From an uncultured Fibrobacteria bacterium (GTDB taxonomy: Bacteria > Fibrobacterota > Fibrobacteria > UBA11236), in contig OY970309.1 in NCBI GenBank assembly GCA_963716395.1, positions 448,001 to 512,000 on the forward strand: DNA of 64,000 nucleotides, in the 5' to 3' direction. Made by a program: the position numbers and the translations under genes. Shown piece after piece: positions 18,218-28,138 of the stretch. The notes under the pieces are model-generated. The model saw only the letters and a program-made list of their open reading frames with translations. It searched no databases and was not told where the DNA came from. Numbering within the stretch: position 1 is the first letter of the stretch; each line of letters begins with the position of its first letter.

Positions 18218-19903
18218 TCATTTCTCCTCCGCCGGCGGCGAGGCTGAAGCGAAGGTCCACGAAACCCCCAGTTCGGCTTGCGCATAGTAGTCCTCTTCGC
18301 GCGGCACGCGCGCCGGATAAAGCACCGTTTGCCATTCCAGGCCCGCATGCAAGGCGATGCCGTGCGGCAACCGGCGGTTGCCTTCCAAAATCGCGCGCCA
18401 CGCTTCGGTCTGATTCGCGGAAGTGTTGGCCGTACCGGCGTAAAGATCCACGTAGGGCGTTTGCAGATTCGAGCCGTCCTGGGTCAGGTATTCCAGCCGC
18501 AACACGGCATCGCCCTGCGCGCTCATCAGGCGGGCGGCATAGCGGTAGTCGAGACAGCCGCCGCCGCGCGCATAGCCCAGGGGGTAATCGATCACGTATT
18601 TGTCTACGAAGGGATTGGCGCCCGAGTCTTGGTTGTTGCTGGTGAGCACGGTGCGCGCATACAAAGTATTGTACGGCTGCTGAATGTGGTACACCAGCGG
18701 ATCGGTTTGGATCAGGTGAAAAGTCTGAAGTACGACGAAGTCGCGGCGCGACCAGGCATGCTCAAGACCGACCATCAACCCGGACACGTTTTTCGCCTCG
18801 GGTTCGGTGGGCGCGTAATGCACTCCGCAGGAAAGAAACTCTCCCAACACCGCGAATCCATAGGGCAGCCGCAGCTTGGCGTCGGCTGACACGGCGGTGT
18901 TGTCGTAACCGTCTTTGAATTGGTTGTGATACACGGCGAACGGATCGAAGTCGCGGAAATCGGGGACCTTGCCGCCGATGATGCACAGTTCGGTGAGCCC
19001 GACCGACCAGGGGCCCCAGGGTAATTCCAGGCGATGGGCGATCAGGGTTTTGATGCGGTCGTCGTAGACGATGAGATGCGCGTTCGGTTCGTCGATTCCG
19101 GGGTAATTCACTTGTTGCCATTCTTCCGATCCCACGGGGTAATTCGTGTTGGAGGTGTCTCCGCCGGGGTAACCTTGCAGCCACGGGTTCAGGCTGGAGA
19201 CGAGCAGATGGTAGCGAAGCTTGGCCATTTTCAAGGAGAACAGCGCCCCATCATGATAAGGTACTTCGCGGCTCAGGGCCAAACCGTATTCGGGCGACGG
19301 CGACCAATGCACCTGAAACTGTCCCACGGTGAAGGCGCCCCAACGGTTTTCGGCATGGAAGTATCCCAGCATGGGTTGGTTGAGATCGACCTCTTTGGCG
19401 GAGTAGGGAATGTTCTCCCCCAGCGGGTCCTGGTCCCAGGCGGAAATGTCGCGGCGCAAACCCCCTTCGAAAAAAAGATGCGCCCACGGGGAAAAATCGT
19501 AGTGGAACTGAAAATCCAGCAGCGGGGGCAATTGGTTCCACGCCTCGCCTTGCTCGGCCGGAACGATTTCGGCAATCCACCCGGTGGAGTCGCCGGGAAA
19601 CGGCGTGGCGAAAGGGCGCGTGCGCCCCAAGGGATAGGCCCCGACGTTCACGGTCATGCGGAAATGCGGCGTGGCTTCGGCCCGGTCGCAGAGAGCCTGC
19701 GCCACCGAGGTATCTGTGCCGTTCTGCGTACTGTCGTCTCCGCATACCGCCCGCACCGTCATGGGCCAAGCGGTGGCCGGATCGCCGCCGGCAATCCAAC
19801 GGGCTTCTTCGATCAAGGCCAAATCCGAATCTGGAAAAACCAAAGCGGCTTCATTGTCGATCGCATGCGCCACGGCAACGGCGGCGAAGAAAAAAATCAG
19901 CAC
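18218..19903 (-). CDS. Exported beta-rich protein, Wzi-like capsule assembly OM protein (start uncertain)
   Basis: Signal-like VLIFFFAAVAVAHA; IAHRLE..WSVGLTELCI resembles the Wzi HRLE segment; the longer ORF to 20155 runs through a repeat, so GTG 19903 was chosen. Confidence 0.5.
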   Translation of the reverse strand: MLIFFFAAVAVAHAIDNEAALVFPDSDLALIEEARWIAGGDPATAWPMTVRAVCGDDSTQNGTDTSVAQALCDRAEATPHFRMTVNVGAYPLGRTRPFATPFPGDSTGWIAEIVPAEQGEAWNQLPPLLDFQFHYDFSPWAHLFFEGGLRRDISAWDQDPLGENIPYSAKEVDLNQPMLGYFHAENRWGAFTVGQFQVHWSPSPEYGLALSREVPYHDGALFSLKMAKLRYHLLVSSLNPWLQGYPGGDTSNTNYPVGSEEWQQVNYPGIDEPNAHLIVYDDRIKTLIAHRLELPWGPWSVGLTELCIIGGKVPDFRDFDPFAVYHNQFKDGYDNTAVSADAKLRLPYGFAVLGEFLSCGVHYAPTEPEAKNVSGLMVGLEHAWSRRDFVVLQTFHLIQTDPLVYHIQQPYNTLYARTVLTSNNQDSGANPFVDKYVIDYPLGYARGGGCLDYRYAARLMSAQGDAVLRLEYLTQDGSNLQTPYVDLYAGTANTSANQTEAWRAILEGNRRLPHGIALHAGLEWQTVLYPARVPREEDYYAQAELGVSWTFASASPPAEEK

Positions 19904-19971
19904 GCGCGAGAGCGAATGCGCAATCCAACTCGAATGCCGCTCCGTCTGCGTCAGACAGAGCGACGAGCTTG

Positions 19972-20100
19972 ACTGGTTCGACTGGTTCGACAGGCTCACC
20001 AGCCGAACCTCCTCGGCCGCTGAGCCTCTGGCACTGGTCGAAACGCGCAAGCCAAACCTCTGCGGCCGGTGAGCCTGCCGAATCGGTCGAACCGGCCGAA
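19972..20100. repeat. REP-like palindromic cluster, copy 2
   Basis: ACTGGTTCG tandem, TTCGACAGGCTCACC, TGAGCCTGCCGAA; 67/80 identity by hand to the reverse complement of 17065-17144. Confidence 0.8.
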
Positions 20101-20203
20101 TCGATGTCCCCATACGTAATGCCGTGAAGTTCGCACCGGCCGCCTCCGACATCAAAGTGTTTCGGTAATCACATGCGTGATTATCGCCAAGACGCCGTTC
20201 ATT

Positions 20204-20527
20204 TCACAGCTTGGGATTGTTTTTGTGCCGCTCCGCGTCGCGCGCGGTTTTCTTGGCTAGGTTCTTCTCCAAAGCCTGGGTCAAATCCACTCCGGTTTGA
20301 TTGGCCAGACAGAGGAGCACGAAGAGCACGTCGGCCATCTCGTCGCCGAGCTCGCGCCCCTCATCCGACTTTTTGAAGCTCTGATCGCCGTAGCTGCGGG
20401 CCAGTAAGCGCGCCAGCTCGCCCACTTCTTCGACCAGCACGGCCAGATTGGTCAACTCGGAAAAGTAACGCACGCCGTAGGTGCGAATCCAGGCGTCGAC
20501 GCGCTGCTGCGCTTCTTCGAGCGTCAT
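20204..20527 (-). CDS. MazG-like nucleotide pyrophosphohydrolase (YpjD-like)
   Basis: YFSELTNLAVLVEEVGELAR...GDQSFK...DEMADVLF...ANQTGVDL. Confidence 0.9.
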   Translation of the reverse strand: MTLEEAQQRVDAWIRTYGVRYFSELTNLAVLVEEVGELARLLARSYGDQSFKKSDEGRELGDEMADVLFVLLCLANQTGVDLTQALEKNLAKKTARDAERHKNNPKL

Positions 20528-20555
20528 GGGTTAAAAGCTACTTTCCCCATCCTGC

Positions 20556-21413
20556 ATGTTCCGCCGCGACATCCTCAGTTGGTGGCTGCGCCCGGCCTTT
20601 CTGCGGCCTTGGGGTCGGCGACGCGACGTGTTGTTCGCCGGACCCTGGGCGGGCGAATTCGGCTGGGAGTTGATGAGCTGGCAGGGCTTTGTGCGCAAGC
20701 TATCGCGCGCCTACCGCCGCACCGAAGTCTGCTGCCCCGAAGGCCATGAAGCGCTGTACGCCGACTTCGCGCATGCCGTTCACCCGCATCGTTTGCGCGG
20801 CGTGGCCGAATGCAATGCCCTGCACGCAATTCAAAACCCCGAAGAGTTGGCCCGCATCGCCGCGCTGGTTCCGCCGGATTGCGATCACCTGAGGCCTTTG
20901 GGTTATCAACCTTTCGCGCGGCAGGAAATCATCCGCTTCGGCCGCCGCGCCGCCCCACCGTCCATCGATGTGCTGTTTCACGCCCGGGGCCGTGCTTTCG
21001 GCGCGGATCGCAACTGGAGCGCGGCGAATTGGGAAACCTTGCTGCCACGCTTGCAGAGCAAAGGTTATCGCCTGGGCGCGTTGGGATTGCGAAATGCCAC
21101 CTTGTCGCCCGGCGGGGCCTGGAGCGATTTTCGCGATCGGCCCCTTTCCGAAACCCTGGACCTCATCGCTTCGGCGCGCCTGGTCATCGGCCCGTCGTCG
21201 GGCCCCATGCACCTGGCCAGCCTGTGCGGCACGCCGCACGTGGTGTGGACCGATCGCGGGCGATATGCCCGCGGCCATACCAACCGCGACAAATACGAAT
21301 GGTGGTGGAATCCGCTGCGCACCCGGGTTGCAGTGCTGGACGAACAAGGGTTTCAACCTTCACCCGTTGCGGTGGAAACGGCGGTGCTGTCGCTGCTGGA
21401 GAATCCGTTTTGA
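20556..21413 (+). CDS. Glycosyltransferase family 9-like protein
   Basis: RNWSAANW, LSETLDLIASARLVIGPSSGPMHLASLCGTPHVV (GT9 C-terminal motif). Confidence 0.6.
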   Translation: MFRRDILSWWLRPAFLRPWGRRRDVLFAGPWAGEFGWELMSWQGFVRKLSRAYRRTEVCCPEGHEALYADFAHAVHPHRLRGVAECNALHAIQNPEELARIAALVPPDCDHLRPLGYQPFARQEIIRFGRRAAPPSIDVLFHARGRAFGADRNWSAANWETLLPRLQSKGYRLGALGLRNATLSPGGAWSDFRDRPLSETLDLIASARLVIGPSSGPMHLASLCGTPHVVWTDRGRYARGHTNRDKYEWWWNPLRTRVAVLDEQGFQPSPVAVETAVLSLLENPF

Positions 21414-21528
21414 TGCACCCGCTTCCATCGGGTTACGGCTTTTCGGGTTTGCCAGTCCAACGTCGCTTGGGGGATGGGGAGGGATTAGTTTTATTGTCAT
21501 TCCTTGATTTGAAGCGGAAAGCGGTTAC

Positions 21529-22143
21529 ATGGAGATGCTGTTGGTGCAAGGGAGTGAACCGGCAAGGCTTACGCCTGGGCAAAAGCCGGTGAAACGCGTT
21601 AAATCTCGGCGACACGGATTGTTGCTGTGGGATTTCGTGATCGTGCGCCGCTGGCATCGGGTGCAATGGCCCCAAGGGTTGCATCGGATTTTGACCTTTT
21701 TCGTACGCGCCGGAGACGGCTGGGTATGGGCTTTGGTGGCTCTGGCGCTTTATTTCGCCTTGCCGTGGTTGCGTTTCAAAACCATCGCAGGACAGGCTTT
21801 GCTGGCCGTGGCCATCAGCCTGCCGGTTTACTGGGCCATGAAGTTGGGATTGCGCCGCACCCGGCCGTACCACTCGGTGAAATGGATTGCGCCGCGGGTG
21901 CCGCCGCTCGACAAATATTCTTTTCCCTCGGGCCATACCATGAACAATTTGGCCGTGGCCATGACCTTGGCCATGTACCTGCATTTTTTATGGCCTCTGG
22001 CCGTGGCCATTCCCGTGGCTTTGGGAATTCTGCGGGTTTTTTACGGCGTACACTTTCTGACCGACATCGCCGGTGGGGCCTTGCTGGGAGCGGCAAGCGC
22101 CCTGAGCGCTTCCTGGTTGTTTCCCCATCTCTTCCATGGTTGA
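21529..22143 (+). CDS. PAP2-family phosphatase
   Basis: KLGLRRTRP, SFPSGH and RVFYGVHFLTD motifs plus TM helices. Confidence 0.9.
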   Translation: MEMLLVQGSEPARLTPGQKPVKRVKSRRHGLLLWDFVIVRRWHRVQWPQGLHRILTFFVRAGDGWVWALVALALYFALPWLRFKTIAGQALLAVAISLPVYWAMKLGLRRTRPYHSVKWIAPRVPPLDKYSFPSGHTMNNLAVAMTLAMYLHFLWPLAVAIPVALGILRVFYGVHFLTDIAGGALLGAASALSASWLFPHLFHG

Positions 22144-22196
22144 TTCCCATCGTCGCGCGACGAGAAGCCGGGACTTTCCAGCGCCTTTGTTTTAAA

Positions 22197-23738
22197 ATGC
22201 CGAAGAAGCCGGGTTCTTCTGCGGCGGAAGGACGGGTTCCGGGTTTGCAAAATGGTTTAAAATGCGGCATCGAGACTTCCGCATGCCTGTGCCTGCTGGT
22301 GGCGTTGTGCCTGTTGCCGACACGCGTGGAAGGCAAAACGGTCGCGCCGGCGGGCGCGGTTACGCCGTCGGTGGCGGACTCTTCCCTTGGCCACGATTCC
22401 ACGAAAACCCGTTCCGATTCGGTGAGCGCGGGCGTGCGTATTTACGACTACATCGCCTACCCCACTTTGCAGGCGCTGACCTGGCCGATTGAAACCCTGC
22501 TGGTGCCCGTGACCCAGATTTTGATTTATCCCAGCAAAGAACCCATCCGGTATTTTCTGAACGAAAACGTGATCGATCGCATGCATGATCTCATCAGTTT
22601 CGGAAGCCGCGATCAAATGATGATTTATCCCACCTTGGATTTGGCGCCGGGAACCACGTCGCGCACCGGGCTCACCTTTCGCGACCTCTCCCTTTTCGGA
22701 AGAAGTACCGATCAACTGGCCCTCTACACCTTATTGTACGTAAACGGGGACACCAGGATCCGCACCTACGTGACGGCCGACAGCCTGGCCGGCACCCCCA
22801 TGCAGGGGAAAATAGCCTTCGGGCTCACCCACATGAAAAACGCCTCCTTCGATCAGCCGGGCACCAACACTTTTTTCTATTACTCCGACACTTCGGAACA
22901 TTATCAATTTCAACTGCAATACCCGTTGGCCTTCGGCTTCAAGGCGCAGGGCATTTTCTTTCTCGACCATTATCGGTTCGGCCAAGCGCCGCCCAACTCC
23001 TATGGGTTCGACGGCGATTTTTTTCTCAATCCGGCAACCGGCAAGCTCGATTCGACTTATCGGGGCTTGAATCAAACCTTCTGGGACCGCGTCTATAGCA
23101 TCGGCCTCGTGCGCGACACGCGTAATAACGAGAATATCACCTTGGCGGGCAGCAATCTGAGCGTGAATTGGAACTATCACGATGTCGGATTGGGCCACGC
23201 CTTCCACGACTGGACGGGCGAATACGCCAAGTATTTCAAATTGGGCAGCGAACGCTATGAGATTACCTCGGAAGAAGAGAAGAAAATGGGGCCGATGTCT
23301 CTGAAGCGAATGTTGCAGCAATTGGAATCCCGAAAATTGCGGACCGAAATTTTTTCACGCAAGGTAGTGGCCTTTCATCTGTATGCGGCGCAAAGCTTTG
23401 AAATACCCGGACAAAGCATGCCGTTCTACGGCTTGCAAACCTTGGGGAATGACACGCCGTTGCGCGGTTACCAGGGCAGCCGCTTTCGGAATTACGCCGT
23501 GGCGGCCGCCAGCGGCGAATACCGCTTTCCCGTGCTGCGGTTGATGGACGGAACGCTTTTCGACGAATACGGGGTCAGCGGCCGCTCCTGGTCCGACATC
23601 GATTACCTGAACTTCAAGAACTCCTGGGGATTCGGCATTCGTGTGCGGCGGCCCGACATATTCCTGTTTCGGGCCCAGGTCGGGATTCACGGCGTTTCGG
23701 GTATGGTGTTCAACATGTCGGTCGACGCCCCCTATTGA
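22197..23738 (+). CDS. Omp85/BamA-TamA-like outer-membrane barrel protein
   Basis: Signal peptide, LG...LRGY..SRF, EYRFP, SWGFGIR and terminal aromatic Y; no POTRA repeats apparent; start uncertain. Confidence 0.7.
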   Translation: MPKKPGSSAAEGRVPGLQNGLKCGIETSACLCLLVALCLLPTRVEGKTVAPAGAVTPSVADSSLGHDSTKTRSDSVSAGVRIYDYIAYPTLQALTWPIETLLVPVTQILIYPSKEPIRYFLNENVIDRMHDLISFGSRDQMMIYPTLDLAPGTTSRTGLTFRDLSLFGRSTDQLALYTLLYVNGDTRIRTYVTADSLAGTPMQGKIAFGLTHMKNASFDQPGTNTFFYYSDTSEHYQFQLQYPLAFGFKAQGIFFLDHYRFGQAPPNSYGFDGDFFLNPATGKLDSTYRGLNQTFWDRVYSIGLVRDTRNNENITLAGSNLSVNWNYHDVGLGHAFHDWTGEYAKYFKLGSERYEITSEEEKKMGPMSLKRMLQQLESRKLRTEIFSRKVVAFHLYAAQSFEIPGQSMPFYGLQTLGNDTPLRGYQGSRFRNYAVAAASGEYRFPVLRLMDGTLFDEYGVSGRSWSDIDYLNFKNSWGFGIRVRRPDIFLFRAQVGIHGVSGMVFNMSVDAPY

Positions 23739-23803
23739 AATTCGTGCCGGATAAAAAGTGAGCGCCCCAAGCGCGTCGAGGGAAATTGCCCCGTGTAGGG
23801 AAC

Positions 23804-23835
23804 AAAAAAAAACCCCGCCGATGGCGGGGTTTTTT
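23804..23835. terminator. Bidirectional intrinsic terminator
   Basis: A-tract, CCCCGCC-GAT-GGCGGGG, T-tract between convergent genes. Confidence 0.9.
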
Positions 23836-23855
23836 GATATGAATTCAGAAATGTT

Positions 23856-24668
23856 TTAGTTGGTCAGAGCCTGCAGGTAACCGTCATACTTCTCCCGCAG
23901 CACTTCCTTGTTCTTGTTGCGGCGAATGCGACGTAAGGCCTGATCGCGCAATTGACGCACGCGCTCATGCGAGATGTTGAGTGTCTCCCCCACTTCGCGC
24001 AGCGTTTGCGGCGCCTCGTGGTTGATGCCGAACAATCCCTTGATCACCTGCGCTTCGCGTTCCGGAAGTTCGGAAAGCAGGTCTTTGGCCAAATGCTCCA
24101 CGGCCTGGATTTCGGCTTCGGATTCGGGATTCACCGCCCGATCATCCGCCAACACCTCCTGGTAGGTGGTCTTGGTGTCGGTCTTGAGCGGCGCGTCGAA
24201 ACTGATGCCGGCTTCGCCCAGTTGGATCAACTCGCGAATGTCGTCGGAAAGCTCCTTGCCCTTGGATTTTTCCTTGAGCGCCTTGCGCACGCGCAAATGC
24301 TGGTTCGCCGGCAGTCGGATCAAGGATCCCTGCTCGTTGATGGCGCGCGTGATGTAGGCCTTGATCCACCACACGGCGTAAGAGATGAACTTCAGGCCGC
24401 GCGAATGATCGAAGCTTTCGATGGCCCGAATCAAACCCATGGCGCCTTCGCTGACCAGATCCGGAAGCGGAATGGGGCAACCCCGGTATTGCAGGGCCAC
24501 CTTGAGCACAAACCGCATGTTCGCCGAAACCAATTTTTCGCGCGCGGCCCGATTGCCTTCGCGGCACAGCTGAAACAGCATGTGCTCATCCTTCCGGTCG
24601 ATCGGGCTGGTTTTACGGATGTCTTCAAGGTACCGTTTCAGGGTTTCATCGGTGGTATCGAAGGTCAT
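23856..24668 (-). CDS. RNA polymerase sigma-70 factor (RpoD/RpoS-like, no region 1.1)
   Basis: YLEDI, LVSANMRFV, DLVSEG..GLIRA, KFISYAVWWI, TLREVG...SHERVRQ. Confidence 0.93.
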   Translation of the reverse strand: MTFDTTDETLKRYLEDIRKTSPIDRKDEHMLFQLCREGNRAAREKLVSANMRFVLKVALQYRGCPIPLPDLVSEGAMGLIRAIESFDHSRGLKFISYAVWWIKAYITRAINEQGSLIRLPANQHLRVRKALKEKSKGKELSDDIRELIQLGEAGISFDAPLKTDTKTTYQEVLADDRAVNPESEAEIQAVEHLAKDLLSELPEREAQVIKGLFGINHEAPQTLREVGETLNISHERVRQLRDQALRRIRRNKNKEVLREKYDGYLQALTN

Positions 24669-25014
24669 TGAGGTTTCCTTCTTTGGTTAAGTGGACCTGC
24701 TTTAATCGAACAGCAAGGGATATACCATTGCAATACGAGTAAAGTCGGGAAAATATAGCCAATTCCGGCTTCAAATTCAAGTTAAAAGTCATCGAAAATG
24801 ACTTCGCTTTAAAATACAGACATAAAAAATGACGCATTGTTAATAGAGTAGTGAAAACCATTAATAACCCCATAAATAGACCGATTTCTTCATGTTTTTG
24901 AGTGCCACAAAATATGTCGCCCCAGCAAACACCGAAATTTTCACGCCTCCCTCATCTCAAATTTCTGAAATCCAAGTTAAAGTCTGCACTTCCATTCTTT
25001 TAGACGGAACTAAC

Positions 25015-25035
25015 TTCGATTCGGTTCAAATCGAA
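25015..25035. promoter_or_regulatory. Inverted repeat, possible operator upstream of cstA
   Basis: TTCGATT-N7-AATCGAA about 40 nt before the cstA start, in an AT-rich divergent intergenic region. Confidence 0.3.
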
Positions 25036-25072
25036 CTGCATTTTTAATTCAGCCCTAAGGAGCAAGAAAAAT

Positions 25073-27328
25073 TTGCCACGCATGATGCAGGGATTAATCT
25101 GGAGCGCCATTTCCGTGGCCGGAGCTTTGGGCTACGCCATGATTTCGTTTTACCGACGCGAACCCGTCAACGCGGTTTGGCTGTTGATCGCGGCGGCCTG
25201 CACCTATGCCGTCGCCTATCGCTTCTACTCCAAATGGCTGGCGGCCAAGGTGCTGGCCCTCAACGATCTGCGTGCCACGCCCTGCCGCGTGCACGAAGAC
25301 GGCAAAGACTTCGTGCGCACCCATCCGTGGATCGTGTTCGGCCATCACTTCGCGGCCATCAGCGGGCCCGGCCCCCTGGTCGGCCCGGTGCTGGCGGCCC
25401 AGTTCGGGTATTTGCCCGGAGCCTTGTGGCTGCTGATCGGTGTGGTGTTGGGCGGCGCCGTGCAGGACTTTCTCATTCTCTTCTGCTCCCTGCGCCGCGA
25501 TGGCAAATCGCTGGGTGAAATGGTACGGGAAGAAATCGGCACCACGGCGGGCCTCATCGCCTTGGCCGCGGTGCTGGGCATCATCGTCATTCTCATCGCC
25601 GTGCTGGCACTGGTGGTCGACAAGGCCCTGGCCGGAAGCCCCTGGGGCACCTTCACTTTGGCGGCCACCATTCCCATTGCCTTGTGCATGGGGATCTATT
25701 TACGGTATATCCGCCCGGGAAAAGTTTTGGAAGTCACCTGTTTCGGCGTGGCGGCCTTGCTGCTGGCCGTTTGGGGCGGCAAGTGGGCCTATGACGCTTC
25801 GGCCGTGGCGGCACTGTTCAACCTCAACGGCCGCACGTTGGCCTGGTGCCTGATCGGATATGGGTTGGCGGCCTCGGCCCTGCCGGTGTGGCTGCTGCTG
25901 GCTCCGCGCGATTACCTCTCGGCTTTTCTCAAGCTCGGCACCATCGCCTTACTGGCCCTGGGCATCGTCTGGGTGCTGCCGCCTCTGCGCATGCCCGCCT
26001 TGAGCCGCTTCATCGACGGTACCGGCCCGGTCTTCGCCGGCAACATTTTTCCCTTTTGCTTTATCACCATCGCCTGCGGCGCCATCAGCGGATTTCATTC
26101 TCTGATCGCCTCGGGCACGACCCCCAAATTGATCGCGCGCGAATCGCATGCGCGATCCGTGGGCTACGGCAGCATGTTGCTCGAATCGGCCGTGGCCGTC
26201 ATGGCCTTGATCGCCGCCGCCTCTTTGGAACCCGGCGTGTACTTCGCGGTCAACAGTCCGGCCGCGGCGGTGGGAGCAACCTCCGTCGCCGCAGCGCATA
26301 CCATCTCCGCCTGGGGCTTTCCGGTGACCGCCGCATCCATGGCCCAACTCGCACAGGCCGTGGGCGAACCCACTTTGTTCGGCCGCGCCGGCGGCGCGCC
26401 CACCCTGGCCTTGGGCATGGCGCATATCTTCTCCGGCGTGCTGGGCGGCCAGACCTGGATGGGGCTTTGGTATCACTTCGCCCTCATGTTCGAGGCCCTG
26501 TTTATTCTCACCACGGTCGACGCGGGCACGCGCGTGGGCCGTTTCATCCTGCAGGCGTTTCTCGGACACTTTCACCCGGCCTGGGGCAATACGCGTTCGC
26601 GTCCGGCTAATCTGGCCGCCAGCGCCTTGCTGGTGGCTGCTTGGGGATACTTTCTCTACCAGGGCGTGGTCGATCCGCAAGGCGGCATCAACAGCCTGTG
26701 GCCGTTGTTCGGCATCGCGAATCAATTGCTGGCCTTGATCGCCCTGTGCCTGGCCACCACGGTGCTCCTGAAAATGGGACGCCGGCGGCGGATGTGGATC
26801 ACCGCCCTTCCCCTGCTTTGGCTAGGGGCGGTCACCTTCACCGCGGGCCTGGAGAAAATTTTCTCCGCCAATCCCAAAATCGGATTTCTCTCCGGCGCCA
26901 AGGCCCTCGCGGCGCGATTGGCGGAAGGCGCGCTTCCCGCCGCCCAAGCGGCGGCCTTGGGCCGCGCCGCCTTCAACCTCAAACTGGACGCGGTGGTGGC
27001 CGCCGTGTTTTTGCTTTTGGTCGCGGCCATCTTGGCGGCTTCACTACGGCGCTGGTGGGAGCTGCTGCGCGGCGGTCAACCCGATTTGCGCGAAAGCGCG
27101 CCGGTGTGGCTGACGCCCGAGCAATTGCGGGAGAGCCCCGCGGCGGGAATGCTGCGCCCGGCCGGCGCCGTGGCCGGAATGCTGTTGGCTTTGCTGCGGC
27201 AAGGCGGAATGCCCCCGCCTCCTCAACCCCTTCCGGATCAAGGCGTGCAACTTACGACGGCTGCGGAACTCGGCGCGGCCTGGGCACGCCAGGAAGAAGA
27301 GCGCCTGCAAAAGCCGCGCTGTTGCTGA
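25073..27328 (+). CDS. cstA: Carbon starvation protein A family transporter with RCC-ending tail
   Basis: FGHHFAAISGPGPLVGP, APRDYLS, ITIACGAISGFH, GRAGGAPTLA, LWPLFGIANQLL; AAGGAG RBS before TTG. Confidence 0.93.
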   Translation: MPRMMQGLIWSAISVAGALGYAMISFYRREPVNAVWLLIAAACTYAVAYRFYSKWLAAKVLALNDLRATPCRVHEDGKDFVRTHPWIVFGHHFAAISGPGPLVGPVLAAQFGYLPGALWLLIGVVLGGAVQDFLILFCSLRRDGKSLGEMVREEIGTTAGLIALAAVLGIIVILIAVLALVVDKALAGSPWGTFTLAATIPIALCMGIYLRYIRPGKVLEVTCFGVAALLLAVWGGKWAYDASAVAALFNLNGRTLAWCLIGYGLAASALPVWLLLAPRDYLSAFLKLGTIALLALGIVWVLPPLRMPALSRFIDGTGPVFAGNIFPFCFITIACGAISGFHSLIASGTTPKLIARESHARSVGYGSMLLESAVAVMALIAAASLEPGVYFAVNSPAAAVGATSVAAAHTISAWGFPVTAASMAQLAQAVGEPTLFGRAGGAPTLALGMAHIFSGVLGGQTWMGLWYHFALMFEALFILTTVDAGTRVGRFILQAFLGHFHPAWGNTRSRPANLAASALLVAAWGYFLYQGVVDPQGGINSLWPLFGIANQLLALIALCLATTVLLKMGRRRRMWITALPLLWLGAVTFTAGLEKIFSANPKIGFLSGAKALAARLAEGALPAAQAAALGRAAFNLKLDAVVAAVFLLLVAAILAASLRRWWELLRGGQPDLRESAPVWLTPEQLRESPAAGMLRPAGAVAGMLLALLRQGGMPPPPQPLPDQGVQLTTAAELGAAWARQEEERLQKPRCC

Positions 27329-27355
27329 AGAGAAACGCGCCGTCGAGCCGGGTCT

Positions 27356-28081
27356 TTAAACCCGCACGATGGCCAGCATTTCTTTGACGGCGCGTTCGAA
27401 GCCCACCAGCAGGGCCCGGCCGATGACGGAATGGCCGATGTTCAATTCCCACACGCCGGTGATCTCGGCCACGTAGCGCGCATTGCGGTAATTCAATCCG
27501 TGGCCCATATTGACTTCCAGCCCGCTTTTGAGCGCGAACTGGGTCATGCTTTGCAGCTTGCTTAATTCCTCTTCCCAGGTGTTGCCGCCGCCGAAGTCAT
27601 ACGAACCGGCGAAGGCCCCGGTATGAAACTCGACGAAGCGCGCGCCGGTGCGCAGCGCCGCCTTGATCTGATGCAGTTCGGGATCGATGAACAGCGAAGT
27701 GGTGACTTCGTGCTTGCGCAGCGAACCCACGATTTTGCCGATCTCTTCGACGCGGCCGGCCACGTCGAGGCCGCCTTCGGTGGTCAACTCTTCGCGGCGT
27801 TCCGGCACCAAGGTGGCCATGTCGGGCAATACATCCATGGCGAATTGCAGCATTTCGGGCGTGGGCGCCATTTCGAGGTTGAGATGCGTGGTCACGGTTT
27901 GCCGCAGCAGACGCACGTCGCGTTCCTGGATATGGCGCCGATCTTCGCGCAAATGCACGGTGATGCCGTCGGCTCCCGCCAATTCGCATAGCACCGCGGC
28001 GGCCACGGGATCGGGTTCGCGCACCTTGCGCGCTTCGCGCAGGGTGGCTACGTGATCAATATTCACACCGAGTTTGGGCAT
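27356..28081 (-). CDS. pdxJ: Pyridoxine 5'-phosphate synthase
   Basis: [38 protein letters not shown]. Confidence 0.97.
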   Translation of the reverse strand: MPKLGVNIDHVATLREARKVREPDPVAAAVLCELAGADGITVHLREDRRHIQERDVRLLRQTVTTHLNLEMAPTPEMLQFAMDVLPDMATLVPERREELTTEGGLDVAGRVEEIGKIVGSLRKHEVTTSLFIDPELHQIKAALRTGARFVEFHTGAFAGSYDFGGGNTWEEELSKLQSMTQFALKSGLEVNMGHGLNYRNARYVAEITGVWELNIGHSVIGRALLVGFERAVKEMLAIVRV

Positions 28082-28138
28082 GCCTGTCCTCCGTGGGGAA
28101 TCGATGCCGCAGCATCGCGGAAAAATCTAGAACCGAAA

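Noticed and set aside
21627-22196. 5' extensions of track ORFs (Omp85-like from 21627; also recJ from 56771, rmuC from 61337, neuB from 7621)
   Set aside because: They overlap real upstream genes in another frame; starts were trimmed to motif- and RBS-supported positions.
27317-27360. Selenocysteine readthrough at the cstA TGA
   Set aside because: The RCC motif is already complete with two Cys codons, and I see no convincing SECIS hairpin after the TGA.
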